Shown piece by piece: positions 11,102-23,900 of a stretch of DNA of 64,000 nt. The stretch is from Takakia lepidozioides (Eukaryota > Plantae > Bryophyta). The stretch's first letter is position 1, and each line of letters begins with the position of its first letter. Under the pieces are notes generated by a model. That model did no database searches. It had not been told where the DNA came from and saw only the letters and a list, made by a program, of their open reading frames with translations. The position numbers were made by a program, and so were the translations under genes. Location of the stretch: the NCBI GenBank assembly GCA_030704615.1, contig CM060732.1, positions 47,988,001 to 48,052,000 on the forward strand, given 5' to 3'.

Positions 11102-13539
11102 TCAAGTTTGCTTTGCATCCAAACACCAACAATAGAAGTGGGGTTCGAAGTGCTGAGGCAAAACAAATGGGTTCATGCTCTCCACCTCCTCCTGAGAGGT
11201 AAACATGTCATCCCGGTCAGGGGTTTTTGGTGCTGGATGAGGATGACTGACATATCGCATGCGTTTGTACAAGCGCATGGCTGCAATAGCATCCTCGCAC
11301 GGGTCGTGACTCTTTCCTCTCTGGATCGCATACCTGCATCAGGTGACATATCAAGTACAGCCATACATGCCTGACAAATCCAATGTCACTTCAATATGGC
11401 CAAAAAGGAGAGAGTAACTGACCCCAAATAGGTTTCGGTTAGGAACCGCAACCTGTGACTGGTGCCATTTGTCTTCAACAGTGGCTGGTAGATGGCTGTG
11501 TCCCTGAGGGATAGTATCAGTCAGATCTGAGTATCATGTGCAATGGAACCATCATAAAGAAAGAAAATACCAAGCTTCGTAAGGCCTTTGCTACAATGCA
11601 GAAGTTGATAAGCTGTATATAGAAGCAGAGAAAACTAGAGCCACAGCCAACCTGATTAGGTGTGCAGGATAGTCCAGGCGCAGGCAGGCTAAGTCATGGC
11701 GCAAATCATGGCCTACCAGCAGTCGATCTGCCCCCAGAATTGCCTGCACGCGCCGGCGGGCATGTTTAAAGGGCATGGCATCTTTAAAATCTGCTGCCTG
11801 AATCCCAGTGATTTGGTACCTACACTCCCAATCACCCACCCATACTCAGGCCCCGAAGCCCCAAAATACATGAGATGAAAGGTAGGACCATGAGGTACAA
11901 AAAGAGAAGGAAGAGAAAAGAAGGGGAGGGAAGGAGCCATGCCGGAAATCAGTGACAGGCATGTACGGGTACACGTAGGTATGAAGCAGAACAGTCTCAC
12001 ACTCATCCACCAAACAAACCCGTGCACAGAGATCAACAAGGCCATCCTTGCCGCCACCCACCATCTCACAATCCATTGCTACTGCAGCCTTTGGTAGGAG
12101 TCCTGAAGCACACACATCAAACTCATCCATAGTTCCGTGTGCTCTTTTAGTTGAGTTATCTGTGGAAGTGGTCATCACCTGCCAAAAAAGACATTCTAAA
12201 TAAGCTATGTAAGCACTGAGCCGAGACGAGTCACACCTTCATCTGTAGAGAAGTCAGAATATACAAACCAAATACAAAGTTCCAATTAGTATGCATGCAG
12301 CCTGTCCAGACAGGCCTCTAATGGAAGGAAAGGAGTACCATCAATCTAGACACCTCATGAAGACGACAAAGTTGGTTAGAACACATGACAAAAAAAATGA
12401 AGCCAACAATGCTGAACAAACAAACAGAAATTTTCCGAGGCTCACTTGCTGACATGGAAAAATAGCTTCGGTTGTACATCCCAAACGATGGGCAGCAAGT
12501 GCTTCTTCATTTTCCAGGAAATCAAGGCACAGTGTGCACCCCCTTTTCCCAAATTTATATGCACATTCCTTCTTGGCCAGAGGACCTGCAATTCTTTTGC
12601 ACAGTTACATATGCCTTTTGCATTCATTTCCACATGTAATCAGGGAAAGTACAACTCCTTTTAATGCATCCAATGATTTTTATTCAACAAAGGAGGATTC
12701 AACTATGAGTAGACACTGACACGGGATTGAGTAATTTTCAAAGAAACTCGGGAAAAGAGAAGCACTTCTCCTACCAAGAAGATGCTCACGAAGCGCCTCG
12801 AAACAAAAGCAATGTTTCCTGCAGCCACCGCACCGAGGCTCGTGCTCAGAGTGGCCGGCCTTGCTCATGTGATGTGCCAAATTCAAGCTGCTTCGAAATT
12901 GCTTGAAGCATAGTGCACATCTGCAGCAACAATCCACTATGAGGGTTCAGATTCCGCCCTAACATTCGAGATCTCAGAGGACCTTTGCACCGAATATCAA
13001 GCAAGGTGTATACCTCCGTTGCATTTTTCCATGGCGAGAGTTGTGAAACAGAGATTACCACTGTTGAGCATCATAAAACAGTATCCAGGAGAGAGTTTAC
13101 GTGTATATCACATAGACATAAGTGGACCGAACATCTGTTCACGCACTCCTACCCACAGCTCATTAACAAAAAGCTGGCCGAAAAACTTTCTCGTTCCACA
13201 AAGATGATCAGAAGGCCGTGGTACAATTCCAACTAACCACTTCGAGGAATACCCAGAAGGGCACTTGCTCGCAAAATTAAGAAGAAGCATTACCGATTGT
13301 TCAGAACCAAATGTTCAGACACTAAGCCAGTTCTTCAACCACCCTTATAAATGAGCGCATAGCTGGTGCCCAAACTCGTGAGAATTTTCCCTGAAATCCA
13401 GAGACTGGGATTCATAAACACACTAGCCCAGTTCTTCATTTTCCCAGAGAAAGCATGGAGAATGGAGAAGGAGGGTTTGAATCCCCAATGGAAGCATAAA
13501 AGACCTGATGCGCTCCTCGCCGTCCTTGGCTGCATCCAT
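11102..13539 (-). CDS. C2H2 zinc-finger + DEDDh 3'-5' exonuclease (plant REX4-like); exons 13539-13505, 12920-12775, 12585-12446, 12178-11943, 11819-11652, 11503-11423, 11333-11102; ~345 aa
   Basis: MDAAKDGEERIRCALCFKQF..HHM....H; AMDCEMVG (ExoI); LVGHDLRHDL (ExoII); HDPCEDAIAAMRLY (ExoIII); C-terminal YCWCLD. Exon phases are consistent; intron 4 needs a GC donor. The first exon is the least certain. Confidence 0.9.
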
Positions 13540-13879
13540 GGCCACGCCCGTGTTGCAGCATCCAAGAGTCTTGACAACAAGCCAGAGGCTGCCTTGGCGG
13601 GAAGCGTCCCTTGACCCCCACGCGTAGCTATTCTACATCAATCCCAAACCAGAGAGATTTCATCCATGAAAGCAACGAAGAGGAACTAGTTCTTGGTTAC
13701 GGATGGAAGACGTACTTACCTCCACCTCAGGGCTTACCATTGCTAGTTCGTAAAGCACTGCCAAAAAAATTCATTTGTTTTTTTTTTTTTTTTTTTTTTT
13801 TTGTATTTATCGTGCCGTTAAAAAGCAGAATTCATTGGGGTGCGGATTGCACCCCATCAGCTCCCTCGGGTGTAAAGCC

Positions 13880-14364
13880 AGATTCTCACCCACCCAGTTA
13901 TTCCTCTTCCTCTACGGGTATTGAGCTATCACGGGGATGTGCGCTCGGTAAAGCAGGCTAGCGAGATAGGCAGGATCCAACGGAGAGGAGTCAGAATCAT
14001 TCACATAGATTAACACATCCTCACTCACACCTTCTTCATCCAGAACTCACACACAGGTACACTAGGGTTCACACACCATATGTACACCGCCGCCTTAAGC
14101 GTCATGTTGATCTCTTTTATAAACAAAGGCCCACAATCTCATCTAACCAAGTGGCAAGCCCTGATTGGTTATTTGGATTCCATCCGGGTGTCTGTCCAGA
14201 TAGGACGCCACCTCATTTTATTTTAGAAGCTGTTAATATAAGACAATACTTAGTTTAAAAATAGATTGTTTCCTGGTTTCATCCAAGCCCTTTTCCAACG
14301 GTCATCATCCAGCGTCTGTTCATCCAAATGTGAAAAGGTAGGTAGAAGGAATCTAGCCATTACA
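13880..14364 (-). repeat. 3' LTR core of gypsy element
   Basis: Direct repeat of 20598-21100, mostly indel differences. Confidence 0.93.
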
Positions 14365-17300
14365 TATGTAAAGCCTCCTGCACACAAAGAAGCGAGCTCC
14401 AGCGAGCTACCTAACAAACACTATGCTCAAGACAGGGAGCAGTGTTGCTCAAGGTCACACTAAGATAGGATGAAAAAACCGCAACAAGGAAAACTTTGCT
14501 CTGCAATTTGAGCGAAGGGCAAAACCTTGTAGGGGAAAAACCCTATCTTGTGAGGTGTGCAACCGGGAGAACTACAAAGAGAAATGAGATGGATCCTAGG
14601 TAGGAGCAGCTGAATAAAAGATAGTGTCATGAGTCAGTCTAGGTAGCAACGGAAACAGAATCAAGCCGAGCACGCTTCTTGGGAGTTAAAACCACATGAC
14701 GATTCTCCATATTGAGGCAGGTCAAATCAAACTGCAGCTTAGAAGGGACAAGCTGAGAAACATGAACGGTCCCTACAATCTCCGCCGTAGAAAGATGCTG
14801 AGGAAGGAGACGGTACTGTCGACCAGGCAGAATCGCATGAATCAGATAAGGCCCATCGATCCTCATCTTGGATTTGGTGACCTGTTTGCCAGGCTACAAT
14901 CGAACACAAACAGTCTGGCCTAGAGAAAAAATTTCAAAGTAAACAACCCTACGGTTATAATTTCTAGCCTGAGCAACTTGAGAAACCTGAATGTTGTGTC
15001 TAGTAGTCTCTAATAAACGCAAACGATGAGAAGTGAGGTGAGTAAGAAAATCTTCCCATATGATGGGCTCCTCAACCTGAGTTTGAAGCACAGGGACATG
15101 AAGAGGGGTGCGAGCCTTGCGGCCATACAATAATTCAAAAGGGGAAAAGCGAGTGCTAGCATGTACCGAGGTCCTGTAGGCAAATATGAGAATGGGTAGA
15201 GTAACATCCCATTCTTCAGTGAGAGCCCCGTTCTTTTCTAACAACTGGCACATGGTTTTGTTGAACCTCTCTGTAAGCCCGTTGCACTGGGGGTTGTAAG
15301 GAGCAGCGATGCTTGACATCTAAATTAAAGCACAGAACCTCCATCAGCTGGTTACAAAACTCCGTACCCTGATCAGTTAAAATTTCAAGGGGACAACCAT
15401 GGCGTAGCAGGATTTCATCAAAGAAGAATTGAACCACCTCGTCACTGTCCTTAGCAACCAATGGTCGGATCTCAACCCACTTAGACAGGTAATCAGTAGC
15501 CACACCAATGTAGCTATTGCCCTTAGTCGTAGTTTTGAGGGGTCTAACAAGATCAAGACCAACTCGGGCAAACATCTGAGTCACCGGAATTGGTTGTAAT
15601 TTAAGAGGAGCTATGGTCCTAAGTAGCAGTGTTTTGGACTTGCATGGAACACACTTAGAAATGAAATCTGCCACATCCTTAGTTAACCCCTTCCAATGGT
15701 ACTTTTCCTGGAGTTGCTTGACAGTTTTATCAACGCCTAGATGACCAGCATATAGTGAGCAATGGTAAAGCTCAAGCAATGCAGGCATAGAGCTCCTAGT
15801 AGGGACCTCCACGGCAATCTCTTGCCCATGAACATAAACTAACTTAAGCAACTTACCTTCATGCTCCCGATGAGAGGGGAGATGATAGTTGACTTGCCTG
15901 AGGAGACGGGAAGAGAGGCCCGACAGATGAGTGTTGGTCTTACACTTCTGGAGGAGGGTTTGGTGAAGTAGGTCCTCCATGGTTGCAGCTGCCATAGCCA
16001 GCCCTTGGGTTAGTGTGAGCATAACGGAGTGTCCGCCTCAGTGATCTCCAGGGGAAGGCTTTTAGCTCAACTGAATGACAAGGGAGACTTCATGAAGATG
16101 CAACCAAGGACAATGAAGCACAGAAGCAGATTTCCCTATGGAGAGGATTCAGTGCCAAAACCAGAACTAGAAGGAGAAATATACAGTTCAATCAGAGAAG
16201 AGAGAGTGATATCATACCTAAAATATGACTGCAGTGACAGGACAACACTCTAAACCAACCTCAACCAGCAGAAAAGGAAAGCAAATCCCATTCAGACATG
16301 AGATCAGGTGGAAGAAAAGGAACAGTGGCAAACAAAGCAAGTAAATCGGATCCGTCAGGAGAGAAAGAAGGCAAGGGTGAAGCACCAGATGGTAAGTAGT
16401 GTGCAAGGTCATCTAAGGTAACATAAGGGGCAAATGACTTAGTCTCAATGCATGTGAGAGCATCGGCATTGTTGTTGGCTTTGCCTTTCTTGTACTCAAT
16501 GTCGTACTCGAATATTTGAAGAGTAAGTGACCACCGAGCCAAGCGTCCCAAGAGTGCTTGTAGGGTTTTGAGAGCCTTCAATGGAAGATGATCAGTCTGA
16601 ATAACAAAGGGGCAGCCATGGAGATACTGCCGGAAATGTTTCACCCCAAAAATGACTGCAAGGCCCTCTTTATTAGTGATGTTATAGTTCTTTTCATGTT
16701 TGTCAAGCCGCCTGGAAGCATAGGCCACCACATGTTCCCTGCCATCTCTTTTGGCATAGAATAGGTGAAACAGCCAGGTCAGAGGCATCAGTCTAAAGAA
16801 TAAAGGGCAGTGAAAAATCAGGAAAGACCAGAATGGGTCCACTGGTGAGGACGATTTTGAGTTTCTCAAAAGCAGTGATTTGGGACCTGCCCCAAAGAAA
16901 GCGAACATCTTTGCATAACAACTGATTAAGCGCAGCGGCAATGTGAGCAAAGTGTTTAATGAAACGACGATAGTAAGAGGCTAACCCAAGGAAAGCACGG
17001 ACACAATTTTTGTCACGTGGAGTGGGATATTCCCAGACAGCCTGAATTTTGGCAGGGTCAGGGCTAATGCCTTTAGCTGAGAGAAAGTGGCCAAGAAAAT
17101 GAAGCTCCGTCATGCACAGATCACATTTCTTGGCTTTCACTTTGAGGCCTGCTCCTCTAAGCCTGCACAAAACACGCTTCAGATCCAGCATGTGAGAATC
17201 AAAGTCAGCTGAGTAAACATTGATGTCATCAACATATACCAATGCACATTCCAAGCGCAAGTTCCCTAGAACAACATCCATGAGACATTGAAAGGTGGCA

Positions 17301-18029
17301 GTGGCATTACATAATCCAAAAGGCATGGTTTCAAACTGAAAGAGGCCCATCTTACAGGTAAACACAGTTTTCTCCTTGACTGACTCTGTGAGTGGAACCT
17401 GCCAAAAGCCCGCGGCAAGATCCAAGGAAGAGAAGAAAGTGGCACCATTGAGTTGATCCAAAGTATCATTAATGTGAGGTAAGGGATATACATCCTTTTT
17501 GGTTAGGGCATTGAGACGTCGGAAATCAACACAGAAATGGGTGGTACCATCTTTCTTGGCAACCAACACGATGGGGCTGGCCCAGGGGGAAATAGAGGGT
17601 TTAATAACTCCTGCATCAAGCATCTTGGTCAGTTCAATTTGCATAATTTCACGCTCTTTGACGCTTTCTCTATAAGCATACTGTTTGACAGGGCTACCCT
17701 CAGTGACAATGTCATGATGTAGAACCTCAATACGTCCCAAGTCATGAGAACCAGCACTGAAAACATCAAGATTGTCACGAATAACATGATATAGACAAGA
17801 CCTTTCATTTTCAGTGAGACCAGAGCCCATTTTGATATCAGTCAGGACCTACTCAAGATGCCCAGATTGCGCAGGAGTGAGGGGAATGACCTTGGGTGCA
17901 GCCACAGATTGTGCCAAGAGATGCAATTGATCTACAGGATCATCAGACACGCCAATGTCAGAAAAACTTAAAGCATGTTGCACCTCTGCTAAATCTGTCA
18001 ATGGGGTGGCAGTGAATCGTGTGAGGACC

Positions 18030-18320
18030 TGACCCTTGCGGATGGTGATAGGTATGTGTTCTGGGTTGGCAACAAGAAGTCTGAGCTCCCCTCGAAAGCC
18101 CCGATCCAACACCCCAGATGCAATCAAACAATGTTTGGAAAGCATCCAGAGTTTCCACCCCTCGACTTCAAGATAACGACCTTGTGGAAAAGAAAGGTGA
18201 GGCCAAGACAAACAATCCTTTGGGAGGAGGCAGGTATAACAAACTCAATGGGATTGAGAAGAAGAATGGTGTTACCTGGGATTGGAATGGAAGGACCACT
18301 CTTCTTACCAGGCAAAGGTG
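18030..18320 (-). pseudogene. dUTPase-like domain between protease and RT
   Basis: Across one frameshift: EFVIPASSQRIVCLGL..FPQGRYLEV..SGVLDRGFRGELRLLVAN..ITIRKGQ, matching trimeric dUTPase spacing and motif 3 (GVIDxDYRG). Confidence 0.65.
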
Positions 18321-20588
18321 GCTGCCACTCATACAAGGTGGAAAGAGCCGTCTTGGCAAAGTTAAAGTAACGTGTCCAGTTGTATTGCTCACCAGCCTAC
18401 CATCTTGTTTCAGCAACAATGGTTTGCATGTAGGAGAGATGCGCAGTGGCACAACCAGCGGGCAAGGAGACAGAGTTGAGCTGTACCTTGTGGGGGGAGG
18501 AGCTGCCACTGGCAAGCCACATGATGTTTTCAACCACATCAATCTTGGCCCCTGCATCACACATCCAATCCAAGCCTAACAGTAACTGCTCACCAATGGT
18601 ACAAGTCAGTGTGACCGACTTGCAACTGACCTTAATAGGGATGGTGACCAAACCTAGGGGTTCATAACGTGTGCCATCTGAAATGGTCACCTGCAGACCG
18701 CTGTACCATGTCTGCTATTCCATTGTCTGTGGTTTGACTACTTGGTCTCAAACTCACTCCACATAAAAATGATAGATGCCCTATGAGTGGGTGCACTCTT
18801 TCCCTCCTAAGCTTCCTATTGGCTTCACAATGCATTAATTTGAATTCATTGGACAACATCACAAAAACAATGGAGTCATCTTTTGCAAGGTTTGTGGGAT
18901 ACTGACCGATTGGCCCCTTCACAAGCGATCTGGTTCGTTTAAAGGTTGTTTGCCCCTCTGTTCACGTTGAATTCATTTGTGTTCTTCAATCATACCAGGG
19001 ACAAGAGCGGCATAGGTGCAGAAGCGGGTCCAGTGCTCAAGTGACCCACAAATGAAACAGGCCACACGTTTACCTTGAACCTCATACTGTGGGCCAATCT
19101 GAGTGTGGCCACGATGAGAGTCAGCAGGAGGAGGCTTGGCAGGTGCGGCCCTCCAGGATCCTTCTGCCCTGACAACCTAGCTGAGTATGCAGCTCTTGTT
19201 GTAAGGTTTTAACCTCCTCCAGTAATGTAGGAGAGGCCTCTGTAGAGCCACCCTTAACCATGGCAACCCCATGAGAACATTCGGAAGTATGCTGATGAGC
19301 AGAATGAACAACATGTAGACAGCTTTTGCCTAGTTTAGCATTCTTAAACCTCATGCGCTCATCCATCATCTCTACCATATGCCTCTCATTGCGATAAAGA
19401 TGCTTTTGTAGGTAGACTTGATCAAAGGCAGGTAATCCGGTAATGAAGTAGGTTTTAAGAATGGCAGTGCATTCAGAAGGTACCGGAATGGCCTTGACCA
19501 CCGTGGTTTTCAAGTCAGTGTAGTATTTCTAGATACTCTCGCCAGGTTGATAAGGACGATCGGGCATGGTGTAGTTGATGGGCGTGTCTGCACGAAACAA
19601 CTGAAGTGCCAATTGCTTGGCCACTCCCCATCGCAACTCACCCTGATCCTTGATACTAGCTTCAAAGAGGTCACGAGCCTCACCGAGACAAAAATGAGAT
19701 GAATCAGTAATCAGAGAAGCTGGCAGCTCATTGAATTTGACACTCATCTCAAAAAAATTGAGGAAGTTGTCAAAGTCATGGCCTACCTCGTAGTCAGGAT
19801 AAGGCCATTTGTGAGCACGATGGACCTCCTTGAGCTTGGTAACTGAGGGCGAACATACTTGCTTATCCAAAAAAAAGTTGCATAAGAGCAGGACAACTAG
19901 ACAACGTAGCCATAGCATCACAAATGCCCTGAAATATTGAGGTTAGGCACATTCTCGCACTCATTAGAAACCTCCCCAGCTACTGTGAACTACGGAACAC
20001 CAACTTCAGCCCACGAGAGCCGCCAACCCTTCAAGAACTTGTCTTTGGCCTAAGTTAATGGAAGCTTGCGTGCTATCTCCGCAGCAAAAAGACGTTGTAG
20101 GGCATTGGCCGCTCTGGCCCCTTCAAACGCTTGGCTGCACTTTCGCCTCTGCTCCACTTCTTCTTATGGAGTGTGGGTGGGCTTCATACCCTCCAACACA
20201 GCGGTCAACTCAAACTAAGCCACCCAGTGATCAGAAGGCGTGTCGAGGACCAATTCAGAGCGTTCAACCGGAGCACCAAGAGGCGGATAATCAACTTCAG
20301 GCTAGGATCAACCGAAGCACGCACGATGCTAGCAAAAATCACCTCAAAATGACCAGTGGGAGTTTCTTTGTACGCGTTAAGCCCAGCGTCAGTTGGAGGA
20401 TTAGAAGACGAGGCCATTGCCGCAGGTTACAGAAACGCAAGCAGATACTGTGAAAGCCATGAACAAGCAAAAACACGAGCGAGAACTGAAACAGTAGAGC
20501 GCTGCCATGGCAACAGTGTCAATGTACAGGTACCTGACGTACAAGGAATGAATGTGCAACTAATGATTAACGAAATCCTGCAACCATT

Positions 20589-20597
20589 TCTCCACCA
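20589..20597 (-). promoter_or_regulatory. Primer-binding site TGGTGGAGA (probably tRNA-Ala)
   Basis: Immediately follows the 5' LTR on the minus strand; complementary to ..UCUCCACCA. Confidence 0.6.
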
Positions 20598-21100
20598 AGA
20601 TTCTCGCCCACCCCGTTATTGATCCTCTTCCTCTACGGGTATTGAGCTATCACGGGGATGTGTGCTCGGTAAAGCAGGCTAGCGAGATAGGCAGGATCCA
20701 ACGGAGAGGAGTCAGAATCATTCACATGGATTAACAGCACATCCTCACTCACACCTTCTTCATCCAGAACTCACACACAGGTACACTAGGGTTCACACAC
20801 CAAACGTACACCGCCGCCTTAAGCGTCGTGTTGATCTCTTTTATAAACGAAGGCCCACAATCTCATCTAACCAAGTGGCAAGCCTTGATTGGTTATTTGG
20901 ATTCCATCCGGGTGTCTGTGCAGATAGGACTCCACCTCATTCTATTTTAGAGATAAACTAGCTATTAATATAAGACAATACTTAGTTTAAAAATAGATTG
21001 TTTCCAGCTGGTTTCATCCAAGCCCTTATCCAACGGTCATCATCCAGCGTCTGTTCATCCAAATGTTGAAAAGGTAGGTAGAAGGAATCTAGCCATTACA
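20598..21100 (-). repeat. 5' LTR core of gypsy element
   Basis: Direct repeat of 13880-14364; begins TGTAATGG on the minus strand but ends ..GAGAATCT, not CA. Confidence 0.93.
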
Positions 21101-21339
21101 GGGGTGCATTCCGAAATGGAGAATGCACCGGCCAGTAGATTTTTTAAGAAAAAAATTGGCATTTCTTTACTCATGTCGGGCATTGCCAGATTTTCGGGCC
21201 TTCCCCTCGGGCTACCGTTAAAAAGCAGAATTCATCGGGGTGCATTCCACCTGGCGGAATGCACCCCATCAGCTCCCTCGAGTGAAATCCGAAATGTGGA
21301 GTGCACCGGCCATTAGATATATATATTTTTAAATTGGCA

Positions 21340-23455
21340 CTCCAGAGGTCGGCAAGGCAGGGATGCCCCCTCGCTCCCTTCCTTTTCCTTTTTGTGGCGG
21401 ATGCGCTAGGTTACATGCTTGACAATAATCTCCTAGTCAAAGGATTAAGACTGCACAATCCCAAAACCCAGATCTGGAGACAAGTGAAAAATTCCATGTT
21501 TGTGGATGACACTTTTCTGCTTTTAGAGGCTACCCCTGAGACCCTGGTTGCAGCGGAAGAAACACTTCTTGACTTTTGTCAAGTTTCGGGCTTCAAAGTC
21601 AACTGGACCAAAACAAAAGCTCTACTGATAGGAGATCCATCCAAGTCTGGAATAGGGGTAGCACCCACATGGGGAGGTCACTTGGGATTAGTCTGGCTTA
21701 AGGAAGATGAGCCTACCACCCTCCTGGGTCACACCTTTGGCATCAATCTCACGGAAGAACAGAGGATGGGCCCTACCTTGCAAAAAAAACTCAACAAGCA
21801 GTTAGCATACTGGGGTTCCTGTCACCTGTCCATCACTGGTAGGGCATTGGTTGCTAACCAAATCCTCCTTGCGGGATTGTGGTACTTTGCCTCCACATGG
21901 AAGCCCAACTCTGTAACAATTCTAGAGGCAAAAAGATGTATCAGAAACGAAATTTGGGGGGCTGCCTCTTCGGAGTTCAACAAGAGACCTCAAGTCTCTT
22001 GGCAACAGATATGCTTGCCCAAGAAATTGGGAGGGCTGGGGATCCTAGATCCGGATACACAGACAAAAGCACTGTTTGGGTAAGTGGTTGCCAAGATACC
22101 TAGGTCCAGAGGGAGGATGGTGGAAGCCCATGATAGCACCCTCCATCTCTGCCAACTCCCCCCTACTCACCATGTCTTGGGCACCCTCCAGTCGTTGGAT
22201 TGTCCAGGGTTATAATCATAAGAGTCCAGGGTCCCCTCTTTGGTCTTCAATCTGGAGCGCTTGGAAATCTATCAGGCCCTTTCTGAGAAAACAGGAGCCT
22301 TCCACCTTTCATGAATGCTTGAGGCAACACCTCTTCTTCAATAGTCCGAATCCTTCTGGAAGAGAAAAGCATGGCTAAAAAATGGGCTGCTTGGGAAATT
22401 TGCGGGGTCTCAACAATCAAGCACCTCTGGGAGAGCACTCCTCAAACCCTCCAAGCAGCCCTGGGAGCCCGCCATCTTAGATCAAGCATCTCTCAAATCA
22501 TTTCTTCTATTCCAGATCGTTGGAAGCTTTTGCTCAAAGAAGGCCCTCCCCAGTTTATGAGTGGTCAATGGGTCCTCATTGCCTCCCTGACACCCTCAGT
22601 CCTCTATCTCACTGAAATATCTAGGCACTTTCTCGCAGGACACATTTTCCGATACGATGATTTTTCGGGATCTCTTACGCTCGTTTCCCAGCAGGTGGAC
22701 TCATACCCGCCGGGCTTGGCCACCCATGCTAGGGTCTACCAGTGGTCTGCCAAAACAAAGATCCAAAATCCTATGGCTCCTAGGGATTTACCCATTTTGT
22801 CCTGGCTTCAGCAGAACCATTTTGTTCTTATAGGGGGGACCGACATCTCTTCCCTCAATTGGATCCACAAGAGTGGAAATGGGCCTTCGGGGATAAACTC
22901 CTACCTTTCTTCTCTTACATGGCCAAAAGAGGTTATAGAGCCCAACTCGATGCCTCTCCTCTTCTCGCAAAATGGAATGAGAGATGGGCTCATGAAAATT
23001 TCACAGAAGAAAACTGGCGGTGATCTGGTCACAGGTATGGGATAAGGCCAAACCGGCAAAGATAAGCGCCTTTCTATGGTAGATTGCCAATAGAGTATGG
23101 AAAGTGGGTCAGTACTTAAATTTCAGGGAGGCCCTACTCTGCCAATGCTGCTTCATTAGAACCATAGAATCAATTGAGCATTGTCTCCTTTACTGCTCAG
23201 GCCCTCAGGCAATCTGGCCGCTGGTGAGAGATTTCTACAGATCATGGAGTCTAATGCCCTCTACCTCATTGGTCATCCTTCTAAACTATGACCAACAGAG
23301 CAAAAACAAAGCGTTTGACTGTCCAATATTTGAAACATTGAGAAGCTCCACTCTATGGATGCTGATGTCCGACATGGTTATCCATGCGGCATGCCTTATG
23401 GCAGCCTTCGGGCCCACAATGGTTTATATTTTTCCCCTTCAATAACTTCAATAAA
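21340..23455 (+). mobile_element. 5'-truncated L1/Tx1-clade LINE ORF2 (RT C-half + zf-RVT), degenerate
   Basis: RQGCPLAPFLF, FVDDT, SGFKVNWTKT, LPKKLGGLGI, CQCC..ESIEHCLLYC; stops and frameshifts. Confidence 0.9.
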
Positions 23456-23644
23456 GCTTTCAGGGCCACAGTACCTGTTTTATAAATGTTTAAAAAAAAA
23501 ATGGCATTTCTTTACGCGGGGAAATGCCCTAAGTGGAGGGCATTCCCGGATTTTCGGGCCTTCCCTAGGGCTACCGCCCTCGGCGTCAAGCCCTTGAATC
23601 CGGGAATGCCCTCCACTCAGGGCATTACCCTATACGTAACTACT

Positions 23645-23900
23645 GTGTTTTTTCTTTTTCATATTTCCAAAATCGCTTGCGGGGCCACCTTCGAATTCTA
23701 CCTAGTGCCCATGTGGCGAGAATAACGAGGTGACAGAGTTAGAAAAGTGGCTATATTCCAGGGGGCAAGTTTTAACTAGTCCACGTCAGCAAGATTAGGC
23801 TCCTAAAATTCATCTGCTGGTGCTTTTTGGCGAAAGTCCCCCATAATTCCTTTGTACAAATAGCTGACCGAGTTTCCAGGTCAAAATCTGTCGATTTTTC
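23645..23900 (+). repeat. Dispersed unclassified repeat, copy 1
   Basis: Matches 27705-27975 (GCCCATGTGGCGAGAATAA..AAAAGTGGCTATAT..TTTCCAGGTCAAAATCTG). Confidence 0.7.

Larger units (their letters stand above)
13871..21100 (-). mobile_element. Ty3/gypsy LTR retrotransposon (gag-PR-dUTPase-like-RT-RH-IN, no chromodomain seen), frameshifted
   Basis: Termini TGTAA..TTACA; G-run target duplication GGG(G); gag with CFICGSLEHWTRFC knuckle (~19017-19068); RT 16793..17830 (SPWASPIV, YVDD); RNase H 16261-16790; integrase 14894-15900 (HHCC, TDQGTEF, NGLTER); GPY motif ~14850. Confidence 0.95.
13720..23640. mobile_element. Unclassified palindrome-rich (foldback-like) non-autonomous element, split by nested gypsy and LINE insertions
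   Basis: Pieces at 13720-13870, 21101-21340, 23480-23640. 13720-13770 is an inverted match to 23500-23540; ~170-bp internal tandem unit with hairpin GGGGTGCATTCC..GGAATGCACCCC; ~34-bp inverted repeat within 23520-23630. Confidence 0.55.

Noticed and set aside
13014-13024. Alternative first exon MQRR for the exonuclease
   Set aside because: Phase fits, but 13505-13539 has better start context and a length closer to homologues.
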